Part shown: positions 37,503 to 51,004 of the stretch, piece by piece
Layout: the number at the start of each line of letters is the position of its first letter
Numbering within the stretch: position 1 is the first letter of the stretch
NCBI RefSeq assembly: GCF_963921235.1
Contig: NC_086108.1
Coordinates: 46,130,001-46,194,000 of the forward strand
Source of the DNA: Mobula hypostoma
Taxonomy: Eukaryota
Direction: 5' to 3'
Length of the DNA stretch: 64,000 bases
Made by a program: the position numbers and the translations under genes
The notes under the pieces: generated by a model
Told to the model about the DNA's origin: nothing
Databases searched by the model: none
What the model saw: only the letters and a program-made list of their open reading frames with translations

Positions 37503-37815
37503 TGGGGTGTTGTAGTAGTACAGCTCAAGACACTGTAATTAAGAGTTCAGTCCCAGCATCATCTGTAAGGAGTTTCTGTACATCGTCCTTGTGGAATCTG
37601 TGGGTTTTCTCTGGATCCTCGAGTTTCCTCCTACCCTCCAAGACATGGCAGGTAGGTTAATTGTTCATTGTAAATTGTCCTGTGATTAGGTTCAAAATAC
37701 ATTTATTATCAAAGTACGTGTAAACTTAGGGTTAAATTGGGGTTGTTGAAGGTTGCTGGATGGTGTGGCTCGAAGGGATGGAAGGGAGTTTTCTGCCCTG
37801 TACCTCTAAATAACA
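37503..37815 (+). mobile_element. HE1-like V-SINE with CR1-type tail
   Basis: ctgtaaggagttt...gtgggttttctctggatcctcgagtttcctcctaccctccaagac...gtaggttaattg...taaattgtcc matches the V-domain pattern of elasmobranch HE1 SINEs. Confidence 0.75.
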
Positions 37816-38369
37816 ATAGGTTCAGTTTCTACTGAGCAATCATGATTTAACAGGGTTGTAATGGAACAGAACGGCTGTAACACAGACTGACCACCTGGCA
37901 GCTAGGCCGGTTCTGTGATGATGTTACACCATTTGTGACCCCTGCAGATTCTGAGTGGAAACCGGGAAACTTGGGGTCGACTACAGGCCAGTGCGAGGAG
38001 TTACAATTTTTAAGCACAGGACTTTGAAAATAAAGCAACCATTTCAGTGCTGAAAGTGAAGTGGCTAGGGATGAACATACTCTCAACATTCTGACACTCT
38101 GAATCAATTCTGCAAATGTGCACTAAAACACAGAATTGTCACATTTAAACCCATCAGCCAACTACCTGCTCATCCATCTTCTATATGCCCATGTCCTTTT
38201 GATATTGAAGCCATAAATGAGACAACCATTCTGCTTAATGAGCTATAACCACCACTGAAACTACAACTAATGAGAAACTAACTTTGAATCCAATTTAGAT
38301 CCACGGTTGAATACCTGACTTCACATCAAACATTTCATAGCTAAATGTGCTTCTTATAATTAGCTCTGT

Positions 38370-39457
38370 GTACTTAGAAGCTTCAGGAGCACAAGCTGAT
38401 CATTCTCCCTAGACCTGCACAGAAAAGCTTTGCTGGGAGCGTACCCAGGGTTGCCCTCATCATGATAACAAACTTCATGTATGATTGTATCAGATGGTGT
38501 GTAATTCCAAAGTATGTGGCCACCAAGTGTCACTATATGCTGGGGTTCTACCTGTTCGTGTTGTAGTGGAAAACAGGCCTGGCCCCTCTGAAGTGCACCA
38601 CCCCAGTCAGCTGCATGTTGCCACACTATTCTGTGGAAGAGTACTTCCAAGTAAATGTCTTCGACCACAAGTCCATCAGGCAGTGGACAGTGCAGAACAT
38701 ACGGCAGGACAGGGTTACCATGGATTCTGTAGGTTAGTTCCCTGGTCAATACCATCTGGCAGATAACCTCATCGCCCGCTTTGACCAACAAGCACTGAGG
38801 TCTCACTTGGCTGGCAGTGAGAGATGTCCCTAACAGTCAAAGCTTTTCTCAACAGAGAATATATTACTCCCAAAGGACTTTGCCCTCGGGACAGCAGTGG
38901 TAGGGAGGAAACAGTCAAACAATTCTTTGTAGATAGTAGATCTTACGAGAAAATGTGGAGACGGATACAAGAGATTGTGTCCTAGTTCAGCTACATAACA
39001 GTCCAAATGTCTCAGTGTGTCCAATACACACCGAGACGGACATCAAGTGATGCTGGAGGGTCATCAACTCACTGAAGGACACCCTCTGCTGTACCCAGTC
39101 CTTGACGGTATTCCAACACAGTGAGCTATCTGTAAAGGAATACAACCAACTAGCGCATTCTCGACACCAGGAGTATGTGTCGACGTATGCATTGAAGCTT
39201 GGTGCAGCCAATGCAATGTCTCTGTGGGGAAGGACCACAGTTTAGGGTCCTTGCACTACCACACAGAGGGCAGAGTTGGGTGGTGAAACCCTCTCGAACA
39301 AAGAAAGGAAGAGCACCTCAGGGAGCCATGTGAGAGGCAATGGTGGTGCTCGTTATTTTATTTTTAAAAAGGGTTTACACTGAATGTTACAACCATATTT
39401 TTTCTTTTCCCAGTTTCTTTGTATGTATTTCAATCATGAATTTTTTTTGAAATAATA
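38370..39457 (+). mobile_element. Degraded Tx1-like (L1 clade) ORF2 C-terminus and 3' UTR
   Basis: Remnants GSVPRVALI, TKCHYMLGFYL and FDHKSIRQWTVQNI, with an AT-rich end aataataa. Confidence 0.65.
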
Positions 39458-40029
39458 AGAGCTTTGCTGGCTGGCAGCAATCTGCAGCACCTCAGGAAGG
39501 TTACACCGTGAATCAAACACTCTTTGGCAAACTACAGGCGCTCCCACAAACAGAATGAGATTAGGAGACAGTGTAAGCTGTCTCAGTCAGAAAACTGGGA
39601 ATGGACAAAGGAGGAAGAATGTGTGGAACAGTGTTTTAGAAGCTTCACTAAATTGAGGAAGTAGAATTCAGACAAGCAACAACCGATGTCGAATTAATAA
39701 AATACAGAAAGTAGAAAACATCTAATAGTGTTTGGGAGCTATTGTAGGTCTGAGAGTGTTTTTATTTTTGTCTTGTACAGAATTATAGCAGTGTCAACCA
39801 CACAACAGTTTCTAATGTAACCCAGATGAAGATATTCCCATCTGTATATTTAAATACTCTAATCAAATAATTAATTTGCATTAGTTTTTACAGCTGAGGA
39901 TATGCAAATCTACCTGATATCCCCTGGAAATTGGTAACAATTCAAAGAATAGAATTCAGGAGCTAATGTAAGCAAGGAAAGATAACACTTGACAACAATT
40001 TTTTTCAGAAGTGTTGCTTCCTCAGAATT

Positions 40030-40405
40030 GTTTTTGTTTATGATAGAGTGCTTGAAGCTGAACACAAGTATAATTTCAGCCTACTTGTATCATGTAAGAA
40101 TTTAACTTTATTTGAATAAAATGCATTTAATTGCAAAACAGTGCTGATGCTTTGCAATAGTTCAACTAAGCTAAAAATGTTTTGTTGACGATTTTCATTT
40201 GTATTCAGTGTCTGAGGCAGCTCGCGAAGCGTCCAACAATAACCTGCCAGCCAGCATTGATGGATTCCAGTTGCCTTGAAACCGTTTTTCCATGACCACA
40301 ATGTCCTGGTGAAACCTTTCATCATGCTCGTCACTGGCAACTTCAAGATCTGCAGGGAAGAAATCTAAATGGGAACGCAGAAGATGTATCTTTAGTGACA
40401 TGGAA
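40030..40405 (-). mobile_element. DNA transposase C-terminal fragment, probably Chapaev3 (CMC superfamily)
   Basis: MSLKIHLLRSHLDFFPADLEVASDEHDERFHQDIVVMEKRFQGNWNPSMLA, then after a frameshift YCWTL. The family assignment is from memory of this motif. Confidence 0.7.
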
Positions 40406-40409
40406 AAGA

Positions 40410-43400
40410 GTTTTGACCAGCGGCCAATCTGGACATCGGAGCTTTGAGAGGAGGGGACCACCGCCCAAGGATAAAAGGTAGCAGCGGATCAGGACAGCGA
40501 AAAAGATTTGATTAGCAAGAGTAAATTAAAGAAAGGCAGGGACAGGGGCAGCAGCCATCGTCATAGTGGCCAGAGTTGTTGTAGTCAAGACGGCGATCTT
40601 GAGGCTTTAGCTCTTTGAGGCCTCAGTGAAGAAAGCCTTCAGTCAGAGAGAGCAAAGCTCAAGTTTTTTTTCATTCTCTTTTTTATATCCGCTCAGCTAG
40701 GACATTCGAGATTCCTGACAGGGTGGTTGAATGCTCCTCTGGGAAGGCAGGGGGACCTCCAGTGTCCCTGGCGACTACAACTCTGAGAAGTGCATCCAGC
40801 TGCAGCTTCTAACAAACCGCATTACCGAGTTGGAGTTGGAGCTGGATAAACTCCGGATCATTCGGGAGACTGGGTGGGGGTGGGGGTGATAGATAGGACA
40901 AATAGAGAGAGGTAGTTACACCCAAGGTGCAGGACGCAGGAAACTGGGTGACAGTCAGGAAGGCGAGGGGTTAAATGCAGAGTATCCTTGTGGCCACCCC
41001 CCCCTCAACAACAGGTATATCACTTTGGATATGCTCGGGGAGGGGACTACCTAATAGTGGAAAGTCACAGTGGTCAAGTCTCTCGCACTGGGTCTGCCTC
41101 TGTGATGCAGAAGGGAAGGGGGAAGGAAAACCACACTGTGTTGATAAGGAATTCATTAGGGGAATGGACAGGAGGTTCTGTGAGTGACAACGGGATTCCC
41201 GGATGGTATGTTTCCTCCTGGGTGCCAGGGTCCGGGATGAGTCCGCGGCATTCTTAACTGGGAGGGTGAACAGCCAGAAGTCGTGGGCCATGTAGCTACC
41301 AATGACATGGGTAGGATGAGTGACAGGGTTCTACACAGGGAATTCAGAAAGTTAGGTGCTAAGTTAAAGGGCAGGACCTCCAGGGTTGTAATCTCAGGAT
41401 TGCCACCCGTGCCACATGCTAGTAAGGCCAGAACGAGGAAGATTACAGAGTTTAATATGTGGCTAAACAGTTGGTGTATGAGGGAGGGCATAAGATTGTT
41501 GAATCATTGGGCTCTCTTCCAGAGAAGGTGGGATCTGCACAAAGGGACAGCTTACACCTAACTGGAGGGGGACTAATATTTTAGAGGGAAGGTTTCTTAA
41601 TGCTGCATGGTGGAGTTGAAGGAGGATGGGAACCAGAGTGGCAGAACAGTTAGTGGAGAGGTTGTGGTGGCAGATGTTGGTAAGATCTCAGACAAAGTTA
41701 GGAATCAAAAACTTGAGAATGCACGACTGGTATCCCGCACTGCATATATTTCAATGCAAGTAGTATCGCAGGAAAGGCGGACGATAGTGCTGAAGATGAG
41801 CTAGCTGGTTTACAAACAGAGGCAATATGTAGTGAGGAGAGGCTGTTGATAGGGCAAAATTGCAGTCAATGGGATGAGTTGCAACGTAAGAGGCGGACAA
41901 AATTGAAGGTGGTGAATACAGGACTGAAGGTGTTGTATTTGAATGTGCGCAGTATACGGGAGAAGGTAGTTGATGCAGTTTCAGGTCGACAGGCGTGATG
42001 TTGTAGGCATTGCTGAATCATGGCTGAGAAAAGATTATAGCTGGAAGCTTAATATCCAAGGATAAACATTGTATCAAAAGAGCAGGCAAGAAGGCAGAGG
42101 GGACGGCATTGCTCTGTTGATAAAAAAACAAAATCAAATCATTAGAAAGAGGTGACATAGGGTCAGAAGGTATTGAATCATTGTGAATAGAGCTAAGGAT
42201 CTGCAAGGGTCAAAAAAACCCTGGTGGGAGTTGTATACAGACCCCCAAACAGTATTAAGGATGTGGCCTACAAATTAGAGCGGGAGATAGAAAATTCAAG
42301 ACAAGACGACAATGTTACAACGGTCATGGGGGACTTCCACATGCAGGTAGATTGGGAAAAGGAGGTTGGTGCTGAGTTTCAGGAGGGGGAATTTCTAGAG
42401 AGCCTATGACATGGCTTTGTAGAGCAGCTCGTGGTTGAGCTCACTATTCTGGACTGGGTGTTGTGCGATGAACAAGAATTGATTAGAGACCTCAAGGTAA
42501 AAGAACCCTAAAGGGGAAAGTGATCATAATATGATCAAATTCATCATGTATATTTGAGAAAGTGAAGCTAAAGTCAGATGTATCAGTATTGCAGTGGAGT
42601 AAAGGGAATTACAGAGGCAAGAGAGAGAAATTGGCTAGAGTTGATTGGAAAATGACTCGGGCAGGGATGACGGCAGAGCAGCAATGGATGGAATTTCTGG
42701 AAGCAATTCAGAAGGCACAGGATATATACATCCCAAAAAAAGAAATATTCTAAAAGAAAGATGGCACAAATGTGGCTAACAAGAGAAGTCAAAGCCAACA
42801 TAAAAGCCAAAGAGAGGGCATATAATAGAGCAAAAAATAGTAGGAAGTTAGAGGATTGGGAAACTTTTAAAAACCAACAGAAGGCAACTAAAAAAATCAT
42901 TAAGGTAAAGATGGAATATGAAAGTAAGCTAGCTAATAATATTAAAAACGATACCAAAAGTTTCTGCAGATACACAAAATGTAAAAGGGTGGCGAGATTG
43001 GGTATCGGATTGTTAGAAAATGATGCTAGAGAGGTAGCAATAGGGGACAACAAAATGATGGAGAAAGTGAATCAGCATTTTGCGCCAGTCTTCACTATGG
43101 AAGACACTAACAGTATGCTAGGTGTTAGGGGCCATGAAGTGTGTGAAGTTACCGTGACTAGAGAGAAGGTATTTGGGAAATTGAAAGGTCTGAAGGTAGA
43201 TAAATCATCTGAACCAGTTGGTGTGTACCTTGGACTTCTGAAAGAGGTGGCTGAAGAGATTGTGGAGACATTACTAATGATCTTTCAAGAACCACTAATT
43301 CTGGAATGGTTCTGGAAGACTGGAAAATTACAAATGTCACTCCACTCTTCAAGAAGGGAGGGATGCAGAAGAAAGGAAACTATAGGCCGGTTAGTCTGAC

Positions 43401-44050
43401 CTCAGTGGTTGAGAAGATGTTGGAGTCAATTATTAAGGATGAGGTCTTAGGATACTTAGAGGCACAAGTTAAATTAGGCCATAGTCAGCATGGTTTCCTC
43501 AAGGGAAAATCTTGCCTGACAAATCTGTTCTTTGAAGAAATATCAGGCAGGGTAGACAAAGGAGAGTGGTTTGATGTTGTATACTTGGATTTTCAGAAGG
43601 CCTTTGACAAGGTGACATACATGAGGCTGCTTAACAAGCTACAAGCCCACGATATTACAAGAAATATTCTAGCATGGATGAAGCAGTGGCTGATTGGCAG
43701 GAGGCAAAGAGTGGGAATAAACTGAGCCTTTTCTGGCTGGCTGCCAGTGACTAGTGATGTTCCACAGTGGTCTGTGTTGGGACCAATTCTTTTTATGCTA
43801 CGTATATGTCAATGACTGGATGATGGAATTGATAGCTTTGTTGCAAAGTTTGCAGACAATATGAAGATAGGTGGAAGGGAAGATAGTTTTGAGGAAGGGA
43901 AAGGCTACTGAAGGAGTTAGACAGATCAGGAGAATGAGCAAAGAAATGGCAGATGGAATATAGTGTTAGGAAGTGTATGGTCATGCACTTTGATAAAAGA
44001 AATGAAAGGGTTGACTATTTTTTTAAATGGAGAGAAAAATTTGAAAAAAA
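40410..44050 (+). mobile_element. Long CR1 with 5' UTR, ORF1 (zinc finger + SGNH esterase) and ORF2 lacking its 3' end; probably chimeric
   Basis: EKCIQLQLLTNRITELELELD, HVATNDMG...SRVVISGLPPVP, GVVYRPPNS, VMGDFH, GNYRPVSLTSVV, VVYLDFQKAFDKV, KFADN. Confidence 0.92.
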
Positions 44051-44079
44051 AATGGATGCTCTCTCCTTCCTGTACTCCA

Positions 44080-44640
44080 ATTCATCTTTATTTGAGATAC
44101 TAATTGAGTGGAGTTGGAGGCCAGAGTGCACCCCTGGAGCATAGTTGTGGGGGAGGTATTGTTGCCATCCTTACTGATTGCAGTCTGTGGGTCAGGATGT
44201 TAAATATCTAGTTACAGAGGGAGGTATCAACTGCTAATCTCTGAGTTTAGTGATGAGGTTGCTTCGAATTATAGTAGTGCAGATGGCACTATAGTCAATA
44301 AAACAGCAACCTAACAGAGGGTAGGTTTCAACTGTTCAGATGCTCCTGCAATGAATGTAGAGCCAAGGAGATGGCATCTACTGTAGACCTGTTTCAGTGG
44401 TAGGTGAATTGCAGTGAGTCAAGGTTGTCTGGGAAGCTGGAGTCAATGTGTGCCATGACTAGCCTCAAGCATTTCATGATACTCGGTGTCAAAGCTACAG
44501 GGCAGTAATCATAAAGACATGTTACCTTGTATTTTCTTAGGTCGTAGGTTGAAATTGGATTCTGAAAGCATGTGGGAACCCTAGGCAGAAGCAGGGAGAC
44601 ATGAAAAATGTTTGCAAATACCCTTCCTAGCTGATTTGGA
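44080..44640 (-). mobile_element. Degraded Rex1/Babar RT fragment
   Basis: ORF 44394-44726: QLGRVFANIF...VPTCF...DYCPVALTPSIMKCL...LDSLQFTY. Confidence 0.8.
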
Positions 44641-45961
44641 CAGAATCTTCTGCTTGTATTACAAAATATTAATAGGATTAGTTTAATGGTTTTTAGGATA
44701 ATGACAAGAGTTGATAGGAGACCCAAGGAGAAATTCTTGTGGGAAATGTCTAATCAAAGGGATATTGGATGTAGACTACAGAGAAGTTAGCAAACTTCTC
44801 TACATACGTAGTGTTAAAAGTGTGGAACAACCTTTATTGGATACATGTATTAACAGCTATAGAATTATGATGGGTAGATATGAACAATAATTGTATGCCA
44901 AAACTGGCTCAAAGACTGAATGATCTACTGATATTCCTGTGCTGTTTGTGCTGATATCACAGCAGAACGGCCAAGAGTTCTGCAACTTTACAAACATCTT
45001 CTGAATGGATTCAGTACCGGGAACCTTAAAACATATTGCCATGACTAATTAATAAATTTACTTTTTAAAAACCACACCAATAAAAACCTTGTAAAAGAAC
45101 TGTTTTTTTTAAAATAAGATTCATCTTCTGAAGTGCTTCCTTGAAGGTGCCATCTTTCTGGTGCATTCCAGGTATGAAGACTACTGGACTGGAAGACATC
45201 AAACCTAGTCCCAGTCAGCATCCAAAAGGACCACTGATAAACAAAACCTGCCCACAGGCACCAGGGTCCACACGGTGAAGCTAACTGAAGATCGGTGCCT
45301 TGGCTTTGACCAGCAGGGATTGAAGAAAGGGGAACTGTGTACTCTTTTCAGCACACCTTTTAAGTTTCACATGTCTTACATCCTACAACACAGGCAGGTC
45401 GCTTGCTACAGAAGCACAGTAAATCCATGGAAAATCCGAGATTGGAAAAGGGCAGGACTGTGCTGGAGAAGATCTAAGACAGAGGAAGAGGAGCTCAGAG
45501 GAAGAATACCTCAGCCTCCTGAACTCAAAAGGAGGTACGAAAAGTTTGAAACGTAGCATTCCTGGCATTGAATTGACCTGGAGGGAAGCTCTTTGCCAAT
45601 AGTTCAACAATAGGAATGTCGAACAAATATGAGCAGACAACTGCCTCAACGCCATTAGAACCCAATGTGCTGGACAGGAGCCTGCCAGCTTCAGGCATAG
45701 CTGTGTCAGCTGCTTATTAAAGCATGTAAAAGATCAAGGAGAATTTGACCTTCCATCTACTTAACTTCAATGTGGATCAGAGCTCATGGAATATGAAATA
45801 ATATACAGTACAATCCACCATTATGTATTGACTGATTGTCCTCCTAACACAGGTTAAGAGCAAAGTAGAAAAGACACATGCATTTCAACTATTTGAAAAT
45901 TGTCACTTAATTATATAGATGTATAATGGAATTTATAAATCAAAGCAGTAGAATAGTCACA

Positions 45962-46106
45962 AGCACAAGAGATTCTGCAAATGCTGAAATCTCGAGCAAC
46001 ACTCACAAAATGCTGGAGGAACTCAGCAGTTAAGGCAGCGTCTATGGAGGGAAATAAACAGACAACATTTCAGGCCAAGATCCTTCATCAGGACTGGAAA
46101 GGAAGC
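45962..46106 (-). mobile_element. PLE pseudo-LTR fragment with decayed hammerhead
   Basis: Minus strand AGTC CTGATGA AGGATCTTGGCCT GAAATGTT GTCT at 46060-46095, followed by the same gctgagttcctccagcattttgtg segment as other copies. Confidence 0.85.
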
Positions 46107-47115
46107 AGACTAACACTCCACATCCTCCTTTAGAGCAGTCCTTTTTGTAGTGTGATGGTAAAAATAAAAGTCAACCGGTTTTGCAAGCCCAGCAAAATGT
46201 AAGAGGTTTCATTCCCTTCTTACCTCCCTCTCCATTGCAGAACTGCTCAGCTCTGAACCATTTTTGGCAGTTTGCCAAAAGACACATTCGCATTCTCTTA
46301 AAAAATGTATTCTACTGTCAAACTATCTTTGCTGCAGTCAGGTGGAACGGAAGATAAAAAAAAGGAGAATCGAACAGGAATGTCATAATCTAAATCCTGC
46401 TGACTATTATTCCACAAGGCATTTTCTACTCTGCCCCTCTGGATTTCTGCTAACCAGTAGGGAATCTAAACCATCTGTCTCCAAAGTCAAAGATTAAGAT
46501 ATACCACAGAAGAAATGCCATGTCTTCAGCACACTTTCCTTTAACCGCAATGGATTCTTCTTTGAAGCTGCTTGTAATTCAAAACAAAACTCTCATTACA
46601 TTGCTGTTTGCAATTGAACAGCTTCTTTTGAAGAAATTTAAAGGCACTTTGAAATGCAAGTTACTTATCGCAGTTAAATGGTACAATGTTTTCCACAAAG
46701 TTTCTCATCCTAAACAGCGCCACACCCAAAATCTAAATCCCTATTCCCTTTCTGATGCTCAAAGATATTTCCACTGGTGTTTGCATGTTCATTTGTGTGG
46801 GGTCATGCCAGCCCTTATCTTCAAAGTGTGACACTTTGCAGTAGGAAAAATCAAAGCCATTGTAAAACAAAATCTTTGAGTAGAAGTTTAATATTATTTA
46901 ATGTATCATTCCCTTGATTTTGCATTGACCTGCTGAGAATCATTGAGTTTACTGAAGAACATTATGAAATGGGGGCCCTGGAGTTACCAGCTTCTATGTA
47001 ATCATCAAGAGTACAATGTGGAGCATCCATACAGGAAGTCACAAAGGAAACCTGGTACCCACGACCTTGACTTGTTCATTTGGATTGAAAGTAGTTTCCC
47101 ATGGACATAAGGAGT

Positions 47116-47380
47116 AGAATCAGAATCAGGTTTGTTATCACTGGCATATGTCATGAAATTTGTTTTTGCTACAGCAGCACACAGCAAGACATAAAAAATG
47201 ACTATGTTAAAATAAGAATAAAATAAATGGTGCAAAAGATGAACAGCGGGTAGTGTTCATCGACCATTCATTAATCTGATGGCAGAGAGGAAGAAGCTGT
47301 TCCAAAGCATTGAGTGTGTGCCTTCAGGATCCTGCACATCCTTGATGATGGTAATAATGAGATGAAGGCGTGAAAACAGT
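47116..47380 (-). mobile_element. Rex1 3' fragment with (GATTCT)n tail
   Basis: agaatcagaatcaggtttgttatcac tail and SLLPSSRMCRILKAHTQCF. Confidence 0.8.
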
Positions 47381-47390
47381 AATACTTTAC

Positions 47391-48293
47391 AGGGGTAGGT
47401 AGTGCTGAGGAAGCAATGTGATTGCAGCAGGACTTAGACAAATTGGAAGAATGAGCAAAAAAGTGGCAGATGGAATACACTGTTGGGAAATGTACGATAA
47501 TTCATTTCGGTAAGAGAATGATAGTGCAGACTATTAGGTAAATGGGGAGAAGGTTCAAACATCAGAGGTGAAGAGGGACTTGAGAGTCCTCATGAAAAAC
47601 TTCCAGAAGGTTAATTTACAGGTTGAGTCTGTGGTAAAGGCAGCAAATGCAATGTTTGCATTCATTTCAAGGAAAATAGCAAGGAGATAATGCTAAGCCT
47701 TTATAAGACACTAGTCAAGCCACATTTGGAGTATTATCAACAGTTCTGGGCCCCAGATCTCAGAAAGGATGTGTTGTCACTGGAGACCATCCAGAGGAGG
47801 CTCACAAGTATGATTCTGGGAATGAAGGGGATAACAAACAAGGTACGTTTAGCAGTTTTGGGCCTGCACTCATTGGAATTTAGAAGAATGCGGCGGGGGG
47901 GCAGGGTGGAATTCTCATTGAATCCTACCGGATATTGAAAGGACTAGCTAGGGTGGATGTGGAGAGGATGTTTCCTATAGTGGGGATATCCAGAACTAGA
48001 GGGCACAGCCTCAAAATTGAGGGGTGATCTTTTAGGTCAGAGGTAAGGAGGAATTTTTTTAGTCAGAGAGTAGTAAATCTGTGGTATGATCTGTCACAGG
48101 CTGTGGTGGAGGCCAGGTCCGTGGGTATATTTAAGGTGGAAGTTGATCGTTTTCTGATCGGTCAGGGCATCAAAGGATATGACGAGAGGTGTATGAGGTC
48201 GAGTGGGATCTGGGATCAGCCATAATGAAATGCTGGAGCAGATTCAATGGGCTGGATGGCTGGATGGCCTAATTCTGCTCCTATGTCTTATGG
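47391..48293 (+). mobile_element. 5'-truncated CR1
   Basis: LYKTLVKPHLEYYQQFWAPDLRKD, with the tail ggcctaattctgctcctatgtcttatgg. Confidence 0.92.
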
Positions 48294-49921
48294 AAATGTA
48301 GTCAGTAATTTGCTTTTGTCTTTCTTTCCCTCCCATCTCTCCCAAAGCAGTCGATTGCTCAGGTACACTTTCACAGGTGCTTCCAGATGGGCATTCTTTA
48401 CATCCTGACTGGTCTGTGAACATTGGTATGTCACTGTAGATGCTACCCATTCCGTGGCTTCAAAACTGAAAATCTCAGCAACAGTTGATGGAAAACGACC
48501 TTCCTTTATTTACTGAGTATGCCCACAAGAAAATGAATCTCAGGATTGTATATGCTGACAACTGCACTTTGATAATAAATTTACTTTGAACTCAACAACT
48601 TTTTAGCCTTTCTTATCTGATTGTTGGCCCACCCTCATTTACACACTTTAACAAGGCACAGATAAGATACTGAAACTGAAATTATTTTAATTATTCATGA
48701 CTTCTTATGCTGTGAATTAATAAATCTTGTACTGTTAGCTTCTAATCATGTTGTATCAAGGGTTAAACTGGACTCCACTCTTGCCTTGACATTAATCTTC
48801 AAGCCAATAGATGGCTCAGTTTCTGGGCTGTGGTTCAACAAAAAGATGGGGAAATGTAAATCAGCCGAGCTCCAGGGAGATTACAGCTGTTCCTATCTGC
48901 ATTTTACAAAGACTTCGTATTGTATTGTATGATGGCAATACTGTATTCAATTTAGCGTGATATGAGAAACGATTTCATCTTTATTACTTTGAAATGCAAT
49001 CCCAAGATTTAAGAGGGATCTGGAGCTAAAAAGTGGATGTTTTGTTTTGCCGGTGGTAGGGATCCCTCTGGGAGGGACAACCCAGAGTTATCACATTGAA
49101 GTTGGAAAGAGGTCAACTGTTGCATAACACCCCTCTCGACAGCAGAAGCAGATGTGGAAGATTAAGGAAATTGTCTGAATAAAGTACAAAGCAATTTATC
49201 ACTTCAATTTATCAGATTCTTTTTCTCTGAAGATCTTCCCTATTTTCAAATGTTGATCTCTGGTAATTGTTGAAAAGCAGAACGATATCCCTTTTTAATG
49301 TGCATGCATTCAAGACAGCAAGATACAGATGAAATTATTGGCTTTTATGTTTGCTTCAATGTATTAATTTCAGGAAAAAAAAACATGTAGATAAATGTAG
49401 CTGACAACACTGATCCTGTTTTCTATCATGTGTTCACTGCACAAAGCACTGGAGATCTGGAACTCCCACTCAAGTCATTGTAGAGGCTTGGTTAAAAGAA
49501 TGTTCAAAACACAGACTGGTAGATCACTATTGTATAAATGCATGAAGGAATATGCATCAAAGTTGGGTAAAAAGAATTGAAGGACGTTAAGTATAGGCCC
49601 TTCAAACCATTAAATAACAACACAGCTGATCTCTTTGGTCTTAACTACATTTTCCTGTCAATTTCCACCATTCTGGATTCCAAAACCATATTACTTAGTT
49701 ACAGTCACTCGGCATCTACGGTCCTCTGGGCTGTAGCATTTATGACATGCTGCTCTGTACTCTGAAGTTCTCATCTGTTTGACGCCCACTTTGAACTCCC
49801 CCTGAATCTGTGCACTGATCCTTCTCTCAAAAATTCCCTGGCCATGGATTCCTGAAATTCTGTGCAGTAACTCGCTGGAAGAACATGCTGATCCTCACCA
49901 TTCGTTGGAATCATTCCTTGG

Positions 49922-50707
49922 TAAAATGGTGAAACGTTCAGATGCAGCAGCCTCTCTGGGTCCAACCAAAGGTGCTACTGTCTCTTTTTAAAGTCTATTT
50001 ATTTTTTACAATCAAGGCACTTTTGAACATTAAGAACATCAGGAACTGCGGGTCTACCCCATCAGCGGGGTGCGTGTTAGCGGGGGAGCTGCACGGTGTG
50101 GACTGTGTTATTGCCTGCTACAGAAAGGCAACACGGTTGGTTTACGAAGGTGGTGTACCATCTAACAGCAAGTGATTGTCTTGGACTTTCTTCTTGTGAT
50201 CTGAAGACCCCGTTGGGCATTGGTAATGCAGAATACTGCAAGTACTGTTCGCTGATTATTAGTGAGACTGACGGTGAGGAAGCTGCGTGGCCTTGGTTGG
50301 AGCACGGACCATGCCTCGTGCCTCAGTGTCACCTGTTGCAGTTGCCCAGAGGTGGTTTGAGCGGTGTCCATGCTGGATTGAGGTCTGGTTCCTCCCACCA
50401 GTGCTTCCCTCCAGAGTTCGCTCAGAGGAAGTCAAACTGGGTTGCGTTCATCTGCAGGCTGCTACGTGCTTGTTCTTGCTGACAACATCCATGAACCATC
50501 AATCTACATGATGGCACTCAGGGACTTGGGTTATATTATATATATTTTTGTGTGGCTGTACCTTTACTGCTATCTTATATGTGTGATATGTTCTTTGTGC
50601 TGTGTATGACTGTTGGTACTGTGTTTTGCACATTGGTTCCAAAGGAATCCTGTTTCATTTGGTTGTACTCAGACTGTATGGTTGAATGACAAGCTTGAAC
50701 TTGAACC
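49922..50707 (+). mobile_element. Older non-autonomous SINE-like element with (TTGAAC)n tail
   Basis: GC-rich non-coding body, TG-rich 3' part, end gaatgacaagcttgaacttgaac. Starts near a decayed aaaatggtg motif. Confidence 0.5.
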
Positions 50708-51004
50708 TGGCCATAGATACTGATCCCAGATATTTACTATGGAATCATTCTCTGATCTTTGAAACTGAATCCTGACTTTCTTTCTGGAGATGTTCCCTGA
50801 AGTTGTAAACCAATGGACGGCTGATACTTTATCTCTCAGTGTTGTGGCTTAAACCTGCTGATGTCGGTCCTCCAGTAGTTTGCACCAAGTTTGAGGATCA
50901 GCTTGGAGGACATTTTGCTGATCTGAGCCCATTTATAAAAAGTGATCCAAAACAAAGGTCCAGGATAGATCCAATCCCAGGTGCAGACTGGAGTCAAGCA
51001 AACA

